DNA of 32,000 bases from positions 1,680,001 to 1,712,000 of the forward strand of contig OW818668.1 of NCBI GenBank assembly GCA_942493105.1, written 5' to 3'. Source of the stretch: an uncultured Erysipelotrichaceae bacterium. Lineage in GTDB: Bacteria; Bacillota_I; Bacilli_A; Erysipelotrichales; Erysipelotrichaceae. Positions 24,261 to 32,000 of this stretch are shown in pieces. A model generated the notes under the pieces. It was not told the DNA's origin and did no database searches. It saw only the letters and a list, made by a program, of their open reading frames with translations. How positions within the stretch are numbered: position 1 is the stretch's first letter; each line of letters opens with the position of its first letter. Made by a program: the position numbers and the translations under genes.

Positions 24261-25235
24261 TTATTCACTAAATTGAACACATACTGCTTCAGGAACAATA
24301 AAATCATGACTGATATGCGTTAATTTACCTTGTTCATGATCGATTGCAAATACAGTCACATTATCGCTGTCTTTATGCACGACCACCAAATATTTTCCAT
24401 CAGGACTCAGATTGAAATCACGAGGATGAACACCCTGGGTCTTTATATTTTGGATCATATCGACATGTTTGCCAGTCTCATCCACTTTAAAAACACTAAT
24501 GGACTCATGTCCACGATTGGATACATAAATAAATTTACCTTTTTGATCGATTCGTATGGCAGCTCCACTTTTTATTTCCTGTTCATTGATTGGCAAAGTA
24601 CTGACACATTGAGTCTGTCTCAAACCAAAACCATCGTGAACCAAAACCAAAAGTTCGCTGCTTAGCTCCGCAAAGACATAAATAATTGGTTTCACAGGAT
24701 GAACGATCAAATGTCGTGGTCCCTGACCTTCTTTGGTATTAAAAGTATATTTAGGATGAAGCATCAAATAAGGATCAATAGAATACGCTAAAATCTTATC
24801 TAAGCCTAAATCACATACTAAAACTTCATCTAATTGTTTAAAATATCGAATGAAATGTGCATGAGAACCACTTCCATATTGTATCTTTTGAATTAAGCGT
24901 ATACCTTTTTTTGGAGTATATGCATATGTGATGATGTTACCTAAATGATAATTAGCCGATAACACAAGATGTTTTTCATTGACATAGTCAACAAAACAAG
25001 GCGTTGAACCTTCTTGCATGACTTCATTGATGAATTGATTGTTTTCATAACACGCAAGTCCACCTAATTTATCCTTTTGACTAGCCGCAAACAGCACAGG
25101 ATGATGATAGGTCAAATAAGTAGGATTGTTTAAAGGGGTGCTCAGTTTCAAGTCACTCAGGATGCCTTGATTAAATGAAACAGTATAGATACCTTCACTG
25201 ATACGTTTTGTATACGTTCCAAAAATGATTTTCAT
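24261..25235 (-). CDS. pgl: Lactonase, 7-bladed beta-propeller family (6-phosphogluconolactonase-like)
   Basis: Starts MKIIFGTYTKRISEGIYTVSF and has repeated blade motifs (GPRHLIVHP, IYVSNRGHESISVF, HPRDFNLSPDGKYLVVVHKDSDNVTVF), typical of the YkgB/Pgl-type lactonase family. Confidence 0.82.
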   Translation of the reverse strand: MKIIFGTYTKRISEGIYTVSFNQGILSDLKLSTPLNNPTYLTYHHPVLFAASQKDKLGGLACYENNQFINEVMQEGSTPCFVDYVNEKHLVLSANYHLGNIITYAYTPKKGIRLIQKIQYGSGSHAHFIRYFKQLDEVLVCDLGLDKILAYSIDPYLMLHPKYTFNTKEGQGPRHLIVHPVKPIIYVFAELSSELLVLVHDGFGLRQTQCVSTLPINEQEIKSGAAIRIDQKGKFIYVSNRGHESISVFKVDETGKHVDMIQNIKTQGVHPRDFNLSPDGKYLVVVHKDSDNVTVFAIDHEQGKLTHISHDFIVPEAVCVQFSE

Positions 25236-25255
25236 ACGATCTCCTATGTACTTCT

Positions 25256-25264
25256 ATTATAGCA
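25256..25264 (-). promoter_or_regulatory. Candidate extended -10 promoter for the lactonase-ald-DUF2779-PLC-like cluster
   Basis: The minus strand reads TGcTATAAT, about 20 nt upstream of the lactonase ATG (RBS AGGAG). There is no good -35, because that position falls inside the ppdK terminator. Confidence 0.45.
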
Positions 25265-25290
25265 AAGAAAAAGCGGGTTTTACCCCGCTT
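25264..25290 (-). terminator. Rho-independent terminator of ppdK
   Basis: The minus-strand RNA reads UAA-AGCGGG-GUAAAA-CCCGCU-UUUUCUUU. The GC-rich 6-bp stem starts right after the stop codon. Confidence 0.85.
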
Positions 25291-27926
25291 TAAACTTTAG
25301 CTCTCTTTGTTTTGATGGCAGCATGTGCAGCAGCAAGACGCGCTATCGGTACTCTGAAAGGTGAGCAGGAAACATACGATAATCCGATTCTGTGGAAGAA
25401 TTCAACAGAACTTGGATCACCACCGTGTTCACCGCATACGCCCAACTTAATGTCAGGACGTGTTTGTCTACCTAATCTACAAGACATTTCAACCAGTTTA
25501 CCAACTCCATGTTGATCAAGTCTGGCAAAAGGATCCTGTTCATAGATTTTCTTATCATAATAATGATTTAGGAAGGCTCCAGCATCATCTCTGGAGAATC
25601 CAAAGGTCATTTGCGTTAAGTCGTTGGTTCCAAAGGAGAAGAATTCAGCTTCGGTCGCAATCTCATCAGCCAATAAAGCAGCTCTTGGGATTTCAATCAT
25701 GGTTCCTACGAGGTAGTGTAAATCAACGCCGCTCTTTGCGATGATCTCATCTGCAACTCTAACAACGATATCTTTGACATATTTCAATTCTTTGATTTCA
25801 CCAACCAATGGGATCATGATTTCAGGTTTGATGTGCCAATCAGGATGCTTTCTTGCAACGTTGATGGCTGCTTCAATGACCGCTTGAGTCTGCATTTCGG
25901 CAATTTCTGGATAGGAAACAGCCAAACGACAGCCACGGTGACCCATCATTGGGTTAAATTCATGAAGTGAAGTAATGATGTTTTTCAATTCAGTGACTTC
26001 TAAATTCATTTCTTTCGCTAAGTTGATGATATCTTCTTCATCAGTAGGTAAGAATTCATGAAGTGGTGGATCTAGGTAACGGATGGTGACCGGTCTAAAT
26101 TCCATGGCTTCATAGATGCCTTCAAAATCGCTTCTTTGCATCGGCAAGAGTTTTGCTAATGCTTTACGACGTTGTTCTTCAGTCTTAGAAACGATCATTT
26201 CACGCATGGCTTTGATACGATCGCCTTCAAAAAACATATGTTCAGTACGAACAAGTCCAATACCTTCAGCCCCAAAGATAACAGCTTGAGCTGCATCTTT
26301 AGGTGTATCCGCATTGGTTCTTACTTTTAATGTACGAACTTCATCGGCCCATCCCATCAATGTTTTAAAATCCCCTGTAATTAATGCCGGGACGGTCTTG
26401 ATGGCTTGACCATAGATCTTACCAGTTGAACCATCTAAAGAAATCGCATCCCCTTCTTTAAAGCTATGTTTACCTAAAGTGAAAGATTTAGGCCCTGTAA
26501 ACTTGATTTCGCCACAACCAGATACACAACATGTTCCCATACCACGAGCGACTACAGCCGCATGGGAGGTCATACCGCCACGTGCAGTTAAGATACCTTG
26601 TGATACATGCATGCCTTCAATGTCTTCAGGAGAGGTCTCTAAACGAACCAAGATGACTTTTTCTCCGCGTTCTTTCCATTCGACCGCATCAGCCGCTGTA
26701 AAGACGACTTTTCCACTGGCAGCACCAGGCGAAGCTGGTAATGCACTGCCGACGACTTCAGCAGCTTTTAGGGCAGCTGGATCAAATTGCGGATGCAACA
26801 AAGCATCGAGTTGTTTAGGATCAACTTGTAAAATCGCATCATCTTTGCTGATCATGCCTTCAGCAACCAAATCAACGGCAATCTTCAAAGCCGCTGCTGC
26901 AGTACGTTTTCCATTACGTGTCTGAAGCATAAAGAGTTTGCCTTTTTCAATGGTAAATTCCATATCTTGCATATCTTTATAGTGAGCTTCCAAACGATCG
27001 CAGATCACAACGAATTCATCGTATACATGAGGCATGACTTGTTGTAGCTTATCGATCGTCATTGGCGTTCTGATCCCAGCTACAACGTCTTCTCCTTGAG
27101 CATTCATCAAGAATTCCCCAAAGAGTTTCTTTTCACCAGTGGCAGCATTGCGGGTAAAGGCAACGCCTGTTCCGGATGTATCACCCATGTTACCAAAGAC
27201 CATGGATTGAATGTTGACAGCGGTTCCCCATGAATGTGGGATTTCATTGAGACGACGATAATAAACCGCTCTTGGATTGTTCCAAGATCTAAAGACTGCT
27301 TTTACGGATTCAATCAATTGAATTTTTGGATCTTGCGGGAAATCTACGCCTTTATGTTTCTTATAGTAAGCTTTGAAACGTTTGACCATTTCTTTTAGAT
27401 CATCAGCTGTAAATTCTGTATCTAAATGAATGTGTTTCTCTTCTTTCATTTCGTCGATAATGACTTCAAAGTTTTTCTTTGAAAGTTCCATGACGACATC
27501 AGAGAACATCTGAATGAAACGACGGTAAGAATCATACGCAAAACGAGGGTTTTGGGTCAGGCTAGCAAATCCTTCAACGACTTCATCATTTAAACCCAAA
27601 TTCAAGATGGTGTCCATCATTCCCGGCATAGAAGCACGTGATCCTGAACGGACAGAAACAAGCAAAGGATTGGTTTTAGAACCAAATTGCTTACCTGTGG
27701 TAAGCTCTAGCTTCGCTAAGTATTCAAAGATTTCTTTCTCGATCTCCGGATGGATGCTTTCGTTATCATCATAATAACGAGTACAAGCTTCCGTTGTGAT
27801 GGTAAAACCTTGAGGGACAGGCATCCCTAACTTGGTCATTTCTGCCAAATTAGCGCCTTTTCCACCCAACAGATTCTTCATTTTACCGTCAGCTTCAGAG
27901 AACAGATACACATATTTAGTGGTCAT
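25290..27926 (-). CDS. ppdK: Pyruvate, phosphate dikinase
   Basis: 878 aa. N-terminus MTTKYVYLFSEADGKMKNLLGGKGANLAEM. The phospho-His region reads GGMTSHAAVVARG. The C-terminal PEP-utilising domain contains GLVRTEHMF and SFGTNDLTQ. Start set to the ATG at 27926, with a GGAGGAA RBS. Confidence 0.97.
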   Translation of the reverse strand: MTTKYVYLFSEADGKMKNLLGGKGANLAEMTKLGMPVPQGFTITTEACTRYYDDNESIHPEIEKEIFEYLAKLELTTGKQFGSKTNPLLVSVRSGSRASMPGMMDTILNLGLNDEVVEGFASLTQNPRFAYDSYRRFIQMFSDVVMELSKKNFEVIIDEMKEEKHIHLDTEFTADDLKEMVKRFKAYYKKHKGVDFPQDPKIQLIESVKAVFRSWNNPRAVYYRRLNEIPHSWGTAVNIQSMVFGNMGDTSGTGVAFTRNAATGEKKLFGEFLMNAQGEDVVAGIRTPMTIDKLQQVMPHVYDEFVVICDRLEAHYKDMQDMEFTIEKGKLFMLQTRNGKRTAAAALKIAVDLVAEGMISKDDAILQVDPKQLDALLHPQFDPAALKAAEVVGSALPASPGAASGKVVFTAADAVEWKERGEKVILVRLETSPEDIEGMHVSQGILTARGGMTSHAAVVARGMGTCCVSGCGEIKFTGPKSFTLGKHSFKEGDAISLDGSTGKIYGQAIKTVPALITGDFKTLMGWADEVRTLKVRTNADTPKDAAQAVIFGAEGIGLVRTEHMFFEGDRIKAMREMIVSKTEEQRRKALAKLLPMQRSDFEGIYEAMEFRPVTIRYLDPPLHEFLPTDEEDIINLAKEMNLEVTELKNIITSLHEFNPMMGHRGCRLAVSYPEIAEMQTQAVIEAAINVARKHPDWHIKPEIMIPLVGEIKELKYVKDIVVRVADEIIAKSGVDLHYLVGTMIEIPRAALLADEIATEAEFFSFGTNDLTQMTFGFSRDDAGAFLNHYYDKKIYEQDPFARLDQHGVGKLVEMSCRLGRQTRPDIKLGVCGEHGGDPSSVEFFHRIGLSYVSCSPFRVPIARLAAAHAAIKTKRAKV

Positions 27927-27961
27927 AGTTCCTCCTATGGCTTTCGCCAAATAACAGGTTA

Positions 27962-27990
27962 ATTATACAAGATAAGTCCCTGTTTTTCCA
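27962..27990 (-). promoter_or_regulatory. Candidate promoter of ppdK
   Basis: The minus strand reads TGGAAA-17 nt-TATAAT, with the -10 at 27962-27967. It lies in the 66-nt valS-ppdK spacer. No convincing terminator follows valS. Confidence 0.45.
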
Positions 27991-27992
27991 CT

Positions 27993-30578
27993 CTACTTAC
28001 TCAAGTTATTTAACTGTTCATTAACTAAATCATATTGACGCTTATATTCTGCAAGTTTTGTTTTCTCTGCTTCAACTTTTGCGGCAGGTGCTGCATCGAC
28101 AAAGCGCGGATTACGAAGCATCCCTTCACCTCTGGCAATCTCTGCTTCAAGCTTTTCTTTTTCTTTTGATAAACGAATCTTCTCTGCTTCAACATCCACC
28201 AATTGAGTCAGTGAGATCGACAAGGTCCCACCTAAAATAGCCCGAGTCATGGTTTCATCGTCAAGTTTATCAACGAGCGAAGTCTTAACCATTTTGATCA
28301 AGGTCTCTGCCTGAATCTCATTGAGTGGATAAGAAAGCAAAATAGATAATGGAATTGAAGGTTTGACATTGTATTCAGTCCTGATCGATCTGATCTGTGA
28401 AATGATTGAAATTAGTTGACCTGTTTGAATAAGTGCTTCATCATCATGATTTCCAAAAGGTGTTGGCCATGATGAAATGCATATGGCTTCTTCTTCAAAA
28501 CAAGAATAAATCTTTTCACTTACAAAAGGCATGGTTGGATGAATCAGTTTTAAGATTCCTTTTAATACGGCAACCAAAGTATTGCGACTTGCTTTAACGA
28601 TACTTTCATCACTTGAGTTCAGATTTGATTTGCTGAGTTCGATATACCATGAACAATAATCATCCCAAACAAACTCATACAAGAATGAACCTGCTAAAGC
28701 AAAGTCATACTTTTCCATCGCTGAAGTGACTTTTTCAAGGGTGACATCAAATCTTTCCATGATCCAACGATCAGGTGAAGATAAGGTCAAGTTTTTAAGA
28801 TCCTCTTTAATAAACTCATCAGGCAGATTCATCAAAACAAAACGCGAGGCATTCCATAGTTTATTGATGAAATTCCAGGATGCTTCTACTTTTTCGGTGG
28901 AATATCGTAAATCTAAGCCTGGAGCTGAATTGGTGGTCAAGAAATGCCTTAACGCATCTGCCCCGTACTCATCGATCACGTCCATCGGATCAACCCCATT
29001 GCTTAAGGACTTGCTCATCTTGCGTCCATCATCTGCTCTGATCAAACCATGGATCAAGGCATCTTTAAATGGAACGCTCTTGGTAAAATAGCGCGCTTGA
29101 AATATCATACGGGCTGCCCAAAAGAAGATGATGTCATAACCTGTAACCAAAACATCGGTAGGATAATAACGTTCAAGATCTGCGGTCTTTTCTGGCCAGC
29201 CTAAGGTACTAAAGGGCCATAAAGCACTGGAGAACCAAGTATCTAAAACATCTTCGTCTTGGGTGTAATTCTCAATGTCTTTAGGAGCATCTAAACCAAC
29301 ATAAACCTCATGGGTTGTATTGTGATACCAGACTGGAATCCTATGGCCCCACCATAATTGGCGAGAGATACACCAATCTTCGATGTTGGTCATCCATTGC
29401 GTAAAGATATTTTCGAATCTTTCAGGAATGAAATTGACTTTATCCGTAGAATTCTGAGCATCGATGGCTGATTGAGCCAAAGGTTTCATTTTAACAAACC
29501 ATTGTTTTGACAGATAAGGTTCAACGATGACATCAGTTCTTTCTGAGTGACCGACCTGATGAATATGTTTTTCAATTTTGATCGTGTTGCCTTCGTCAGT
29601 AATACGTTGTGTCAAACGTTTGCGGCATTCAAAACGATCAAGACCGCAATACTCCCCTGCTTTTTCATTCATCGTTCCATCTGGATTCATACAGATGACT
29701 TTAGGTAAATTATGTTTTTCTGATAAATTGAAGTCATTAGGATCATGAGCAGGTGTACATTTCATGGCCCCAGTTCCAAATTCACGATCAATATAGGGAT
29801 CCGTGATGATCGGTAAACTTTCATGATTGGCTGGATTGATGACGTGAAGTCCATGAAGATGAAGATAACGATCATCTTCTGGATGAACGACGACACAGAC
29901 ATCGCCAAACATGGTTTCTGGTCGAGTTGTAGAAACGGCAATCTTTTCACCAGTCTCAACAACTTCATAACTAAAGGTATAAAAGGAACCTTCTATTTCT
30001 TTATGGATGACTTCAATGTTGGATAACGCTGTTTTCGCTAGAGGATCCCAATTGATGATACGTTCACCTTGATAGATCAACCCCTCATGATATAAATCAA
30101 CAAAAACCTTATTGACGGCTTTATTGAGGCCTTCATCTAAGGTAAAACGTTCTCTGGTATAATCCAAAGAAAGTCCCAAAGTTGCCCACTGTTGACGAAT
30201 AAATGAAGCATATTCTTCTTTCCAAGCCCAGGCTTGTTCCAAGAATTTCTCTCTGCCAAGTTCATATCGATTGGTGCCTTGAGCTCTTAAGCGTGCATCT
30301 ACTTTGGCTTGGGTTGCGATCCCCGCATGATCCATTCCTGGTAACCAAAGCATATCAAAGCCTTGCATACGTTTAAAACGGGCAATGATGTCTTGAAGTG
30401 AAGTGTCCCAAGCATGTCCTAAATGTAGTTTGCCTGTAACGTTTGGAGGTGGGATCACAATCGTAAATGGTTTTTTACTCAGATCTCCTGCTGTAAAATA
30501 TCCATTATGGATCCATGTCTGATACTGATTGGATTCGACCGCCTTATGGTCGTATTTTGGGTCTAATTGTTTTCTCAT
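27993..30578 (-). CDS. valS: Valine--tRNA ligase
   Basis: N-terminus MRKQLDPKYDHKAVESNQYQTW. HIGH motif as PPNVTGKLHLGHAW, plus KMSKS. C-terminal coiled coil. Start set to the ATG at 30578, with AAAGGAG upstream. Confidence 0.97.
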   Translation of the reverse strand: MRKQLDPKYDHKAVESNQYQTWIHNGYFTAGDLSKKPFTIVIPPPNVTGKLHLGHAWDTSLQDIIARFKRMQGFDMLWLPGMDHAGIATQAKVDARLRAQGTNRYELGREKFLEQAWAWKEEYASFIRQQWATLGLSLDYTRERFTLDEGLNKAVNKVFVDLYHEGLIYQGERIINWDPLAKTALSNIEVIHKEIEGSFYTFSYEVVETGEKIAVSTTRPETMFGDVCVVVHPEDDRYLHLHGLHVINPANHESLPIITDPYIDREFGTGAMKCTPAHDPNDFNLSEKHNLPKVICMNPDGTMNEKAGEYCGLDRFECRKRLTQRITDEGNTIKIEKHIHQVGHSERTDVIVEPYLSKQWFVKMKPLAQSAIDAQNSTDKVNFIPERFENIFTQWMTNIEDWCISRQLWWGHRIPVWYHNTTHEVYVGLDAPKDIENYTQDEDVLDTWFSSALWPFSTLGWPEKTADLERYYPTDVLVTGYDIIFFWAARMIFQARYFTKSVPFKDALIHGLIRADDGRKMSKSLSNGVDPMDVIDEYGADALRHFLTTNSAPGLDLRYSTEKVEASWNFINKLWNASRFVLMNLPDEFIKEDLKNLTLSSPDRWIMERFDVTLEKVTSAMEKYDFALAGSFLYEFVWDDYCSWYIELSKSNLNSSDESIVKASRNTLVAVLKGILKLIHPTMPFVSEKIYSCFEEEAICISSWPTPFGNHDDEALIQTGQLISIISQIRSIRTEYNVKPSIPLSILLSYPLNEIQAETLIKMVKTSLVDKLDDETMTRAILGGTLSISLTQLVDVEAEKIRLSKEKEKLEAEIARGEGMLRNPRFVDAAPAAKVEAEKTKLAEYKRQYDLVNEQLNNLSK

Positions 30579-31158
30579 AGTGCTCCTTTGAATACCTTTC
30601 TGATACGATATGATCATCACTGTTTAGCCCACAGAAGTGATAGTCGCTTCTATGGCCTAATTCAGGCTCATATTTACGTTTTCTATACGTCCCTTCATAA
30701 ATGAATCCTGCTTTTTCAATGACCCTAAATGATGCGATATTTTCAGCATTATGCTGTATCTCAATGCGTTGGAATCCGCAATGATGAAACATTACAGAGA
30801 TCAAGATTTGAACTGCTTCTGAGGTGATACCTTTATTCCAATACCGTTTATTTAGGATATAACCGATCTCACCGACATCGCCAAATCTTACTGTATGCAC
30901 ATCTACGGTTCCGATCATCTTCATTTGTGGTTTGATCACCACACAATAGGCTTCAGGAATGCCTCTTTCCACTCGAGTTAAGAAGTGATCTTCAATGGCT
31001 TTCACACTTGATGCGACATCTGTATGACGAGGAAACCAAACAAACTGTAGATTTTGGGCATCTCCAGCATATTCAAACATGTCTTTGGCATCTTCAACCC
31101 GTATTGGTCTTAAGATAAAACGATCTGTTTCTATGGTCGGTAATCTTAGATTTAGCAT
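30544..31158 (-). CDS. GNAT family N-acetyltransferase (RimJ/RimL-like, Acetyltransf_3 type)
   Basis: 204 aa. Starts ...TDRFILRPIRVEDAKDMFEYAGD and continues YWNKGITSEAVQILISVMFH...RIEIQHNAENIASFRVIEKAGFIYEGT. AAGGAGG RBS. The last 35 nt overlap the valS start in a different frame. Confidence 0.85.
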   Translation of the reverse strand: MLNLRLPTIETDRFILRPIRVEDAKDMFEYAGDAQNLQFVWFPRHTDVASSVKAIEDHFLTRVERGIPEAYCVVIKPQMKMIGTVDVHTVRFGDVGEIGYILNKRYWNKGITSEAVQILISVMFHHCGFQRIEIQHNAENIASFRVIEKAGFIYEGTYRKRKYEPELGHRSDYHFCGLNSDDHIVSERYSKEHYEKTIRPKIRP

Positions 31159-31159
31159 A

Positions 31160-31380
31160 TTTCCTCCTTGAAATAAAAAAACGCCATCTAAGGACGTTTA
31201 ACGTGGTACCACCTTGGTTTCACTGCTGTGCTCGTTGGAAGATAACGGGTTCACCGGATTTTCTTACTTTGGTTCAGAGAATCGACTAGCGAAGGACTTA
31301 TACGTACATCTTGGTTTTGTTTCATCGGCCCAAAACTTTCTGAATGTCCACTGCACGTTTTAACTTCGGTCTTTGTCGTT
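31160..31380 (-). promoter_or_regulatory. T-box riboswitch leader (probable Val, specifier GUC) upstream of the GNAT gene and valS
   Basis: Minus-strand RNA elements:
- T-box sequence AAGGUGGUACCACG
- Terminator AACGUC-CUUAGAU-GGCGUU followed by U-rich sequence
- A hand-folded Stem I with pairings CGAAG/CUUCG, ACGUGCA/UGUACGU and GUUUUG/CAAAAC
- An AGAAAG bay
- Specifier-loop 3' side AUAAGUC(C), placing GUC at plus-strand 31295-31297. Confidence 0.82.
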
Positions 31381-31386
31381 GAAGAT

Positions 31387-31415
31387 ATTATAGACAAAAG
31401 CCCCTTAAGAGTCAA
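31387..31415 (-). promoter_or_regulatory. Strong sigma-A-type promoter of the Val T-box leader
   Basis: The minus strand reads TTGACT-17 nt-TATAAT, with -35 at 31410-31415 and -10 at 31387-31392. It directly follows the queH stop. Confidence 0.75.
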
Positions 31416-32000
31416 TCATTCATCATGCAGATTATGTACAGAATACTCACACCCACAGTACTCTTGACGATAGATCCCTAGCCCTTTTGATACGTTGACA
31501 CTAAAATCAATGCCTTTGTTTTTCTTGAAGTTGGAATAAAAGTATTGGACTTTAGGATAACCACTGGCCAATCGTCTTGCGATCTCATTTATTTTGTTCG
31601 CACTTTTTTGTCTAGAGATCGTCATCACTGTCGTGACATAATCAAAACCATTCGCCGAAGCATAATTGAGGGCTTCTGTGATTCGTAATGCATAACACAT
31701 TCCACAGCGTTGTGAGCCTTCTTTATCTTGGGCTCGTTTTAACAGATAGGTCGTATGATAATTTTCATAGTCATAAGGCTGAGCTATGATTGAAATCTCT
31801 GTGTCATGTTTTTCATTGAAAAGCGTTACATATTTTTCGAGTTCACTTAAGCGATGATCATATTCGGACTGAGGATAAATATTGGAATTATTGTAGTAAA
31901 GGGTAATATTAAAATAAGGAGCCAAATATTCAAGCGGCCAACTATTACATACAGCACAGCAAGAATGCATCAAAAGACTTGGTTTCTTTTCAAGCAATTT
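31416..32000 (-). CDS. queH: Epoxyqueuosine reductase QueH (DUF208). The 5' end is at or beyond the window edge.
   Basis: Reads ...LLMHSCCAVCNSWPLEYL...RCGMCYALR...GIYRQEYCGCEYS, the CCxxC and C-terminal YRQxYCGCxYS signatures of QueH. The frame is open to the window end. The ORF-track start is a TTG at 31997, so the true start is unresolved. Confidence 0.85.
   Translation of the reverse strand, partial: KLLEKKPSLLMHSCCAVCNSWPLEYLAPYFNITLYYNNSNIYPQSEYDHRLSELEKYVTLFNEKHDTEISIIAQPYDYENYHTTYLLKRAQDKEGSQRCGMCYALRITEALNYASANGFDYVTTVMTISRQKSANKINEIARRLASGYPKVQYFYSNFKKNKGIDFSVNVSKGLGIYRQEYCGCEYSVHNLHDE

Noticed and set aside
534-30026. About 20 short ORFs (60-148 aa) in the supplied track that lie antisense to, or nested inside, long conserved genes. 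Examples: 534..755, 7265..7522, 11524..11760, 12890..13093, 17112..17357, 19043..19237, 21187..21483, 24330..24665, 25312..25744, 26479..26925, 28726..29091, 29762..30026.
   Set aside because: Each lies entirely within a confidently identified housekeeping gene, on the other strand or in another frame. None has an RBS. Their low-complexity composition is typical of shadow frames, and none shows a recognisable family motif.
1-32000. Search by eye for CRISPR arrays, IS or transposase genes, integrases, tRNA or rRNA genes, toxin-antitoxin pairs and known defence-system hallmarks.
   Set aside because: None found. Every intergenic gap longer than 100 nt is accounted for by a T-box leader or a promoter/terminator region. 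All long ORFs have recognisable housekeeping or conserved-family identities.

Overview
AT-rich, Firmicutes-type (Bacilli/Erysipelotrichia-like) core chromosome. I call 29 CDS, 28 on the minus strand, tightly packed with many stop/start overlaps. In minus-strand transcription order, from the high coordinates down:
- queH (5' end at the window edge)
- a Val T-box leader, a GNAT acetyltransferase and valS
- ppdK
- a lactonase / ald / DUF2779 / Zn-PLC-like cluster
- hpf
- sepF, divIVA, an Ile T-box leader, ileS and a TrmH-family methyltransferase
- a Phe T-box leader and pheST
- yebC and tagD, convergent with the only plus-strand gene, tmcAL
- yceD, rpmF and an esterase
- a short dcw block: mraZ, rsmH, ftsL, class B PBP, mraY, murD
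- a comN-like gene and secD (3' end cut by the window)

I saw no rRNA, tRNA, CRISPR array, transposase or integrase. RNA and regulatory elements supported by the sequence are three T-box riboswitches (Phe UUC, Ile AUC, probable Val GUC), several intrinsic terminators, sigma-A-type promoters, and a phased GTGG-repeat array upstream of mraZ that looks like a MraZ operator.

This is mostly ordinary housekeeping DNA, and I did not find a compelling new multi-gene system. The best second-look items are:
- a GNAT gene sitting between the Val T-box and valS and overlapping valS by 35 nt
- an uncharacterised DUF2779 two-nuclease-domain protein and a PLC/P1-nuclease-fold protein, translationally coupled behind ald
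- the MraZ operator architecture
- a near-identical 32-nt segment shared by the Ile and Val T-box expression platforms

All family assignments come from reading the translations and motifs by eye. No database search was run.
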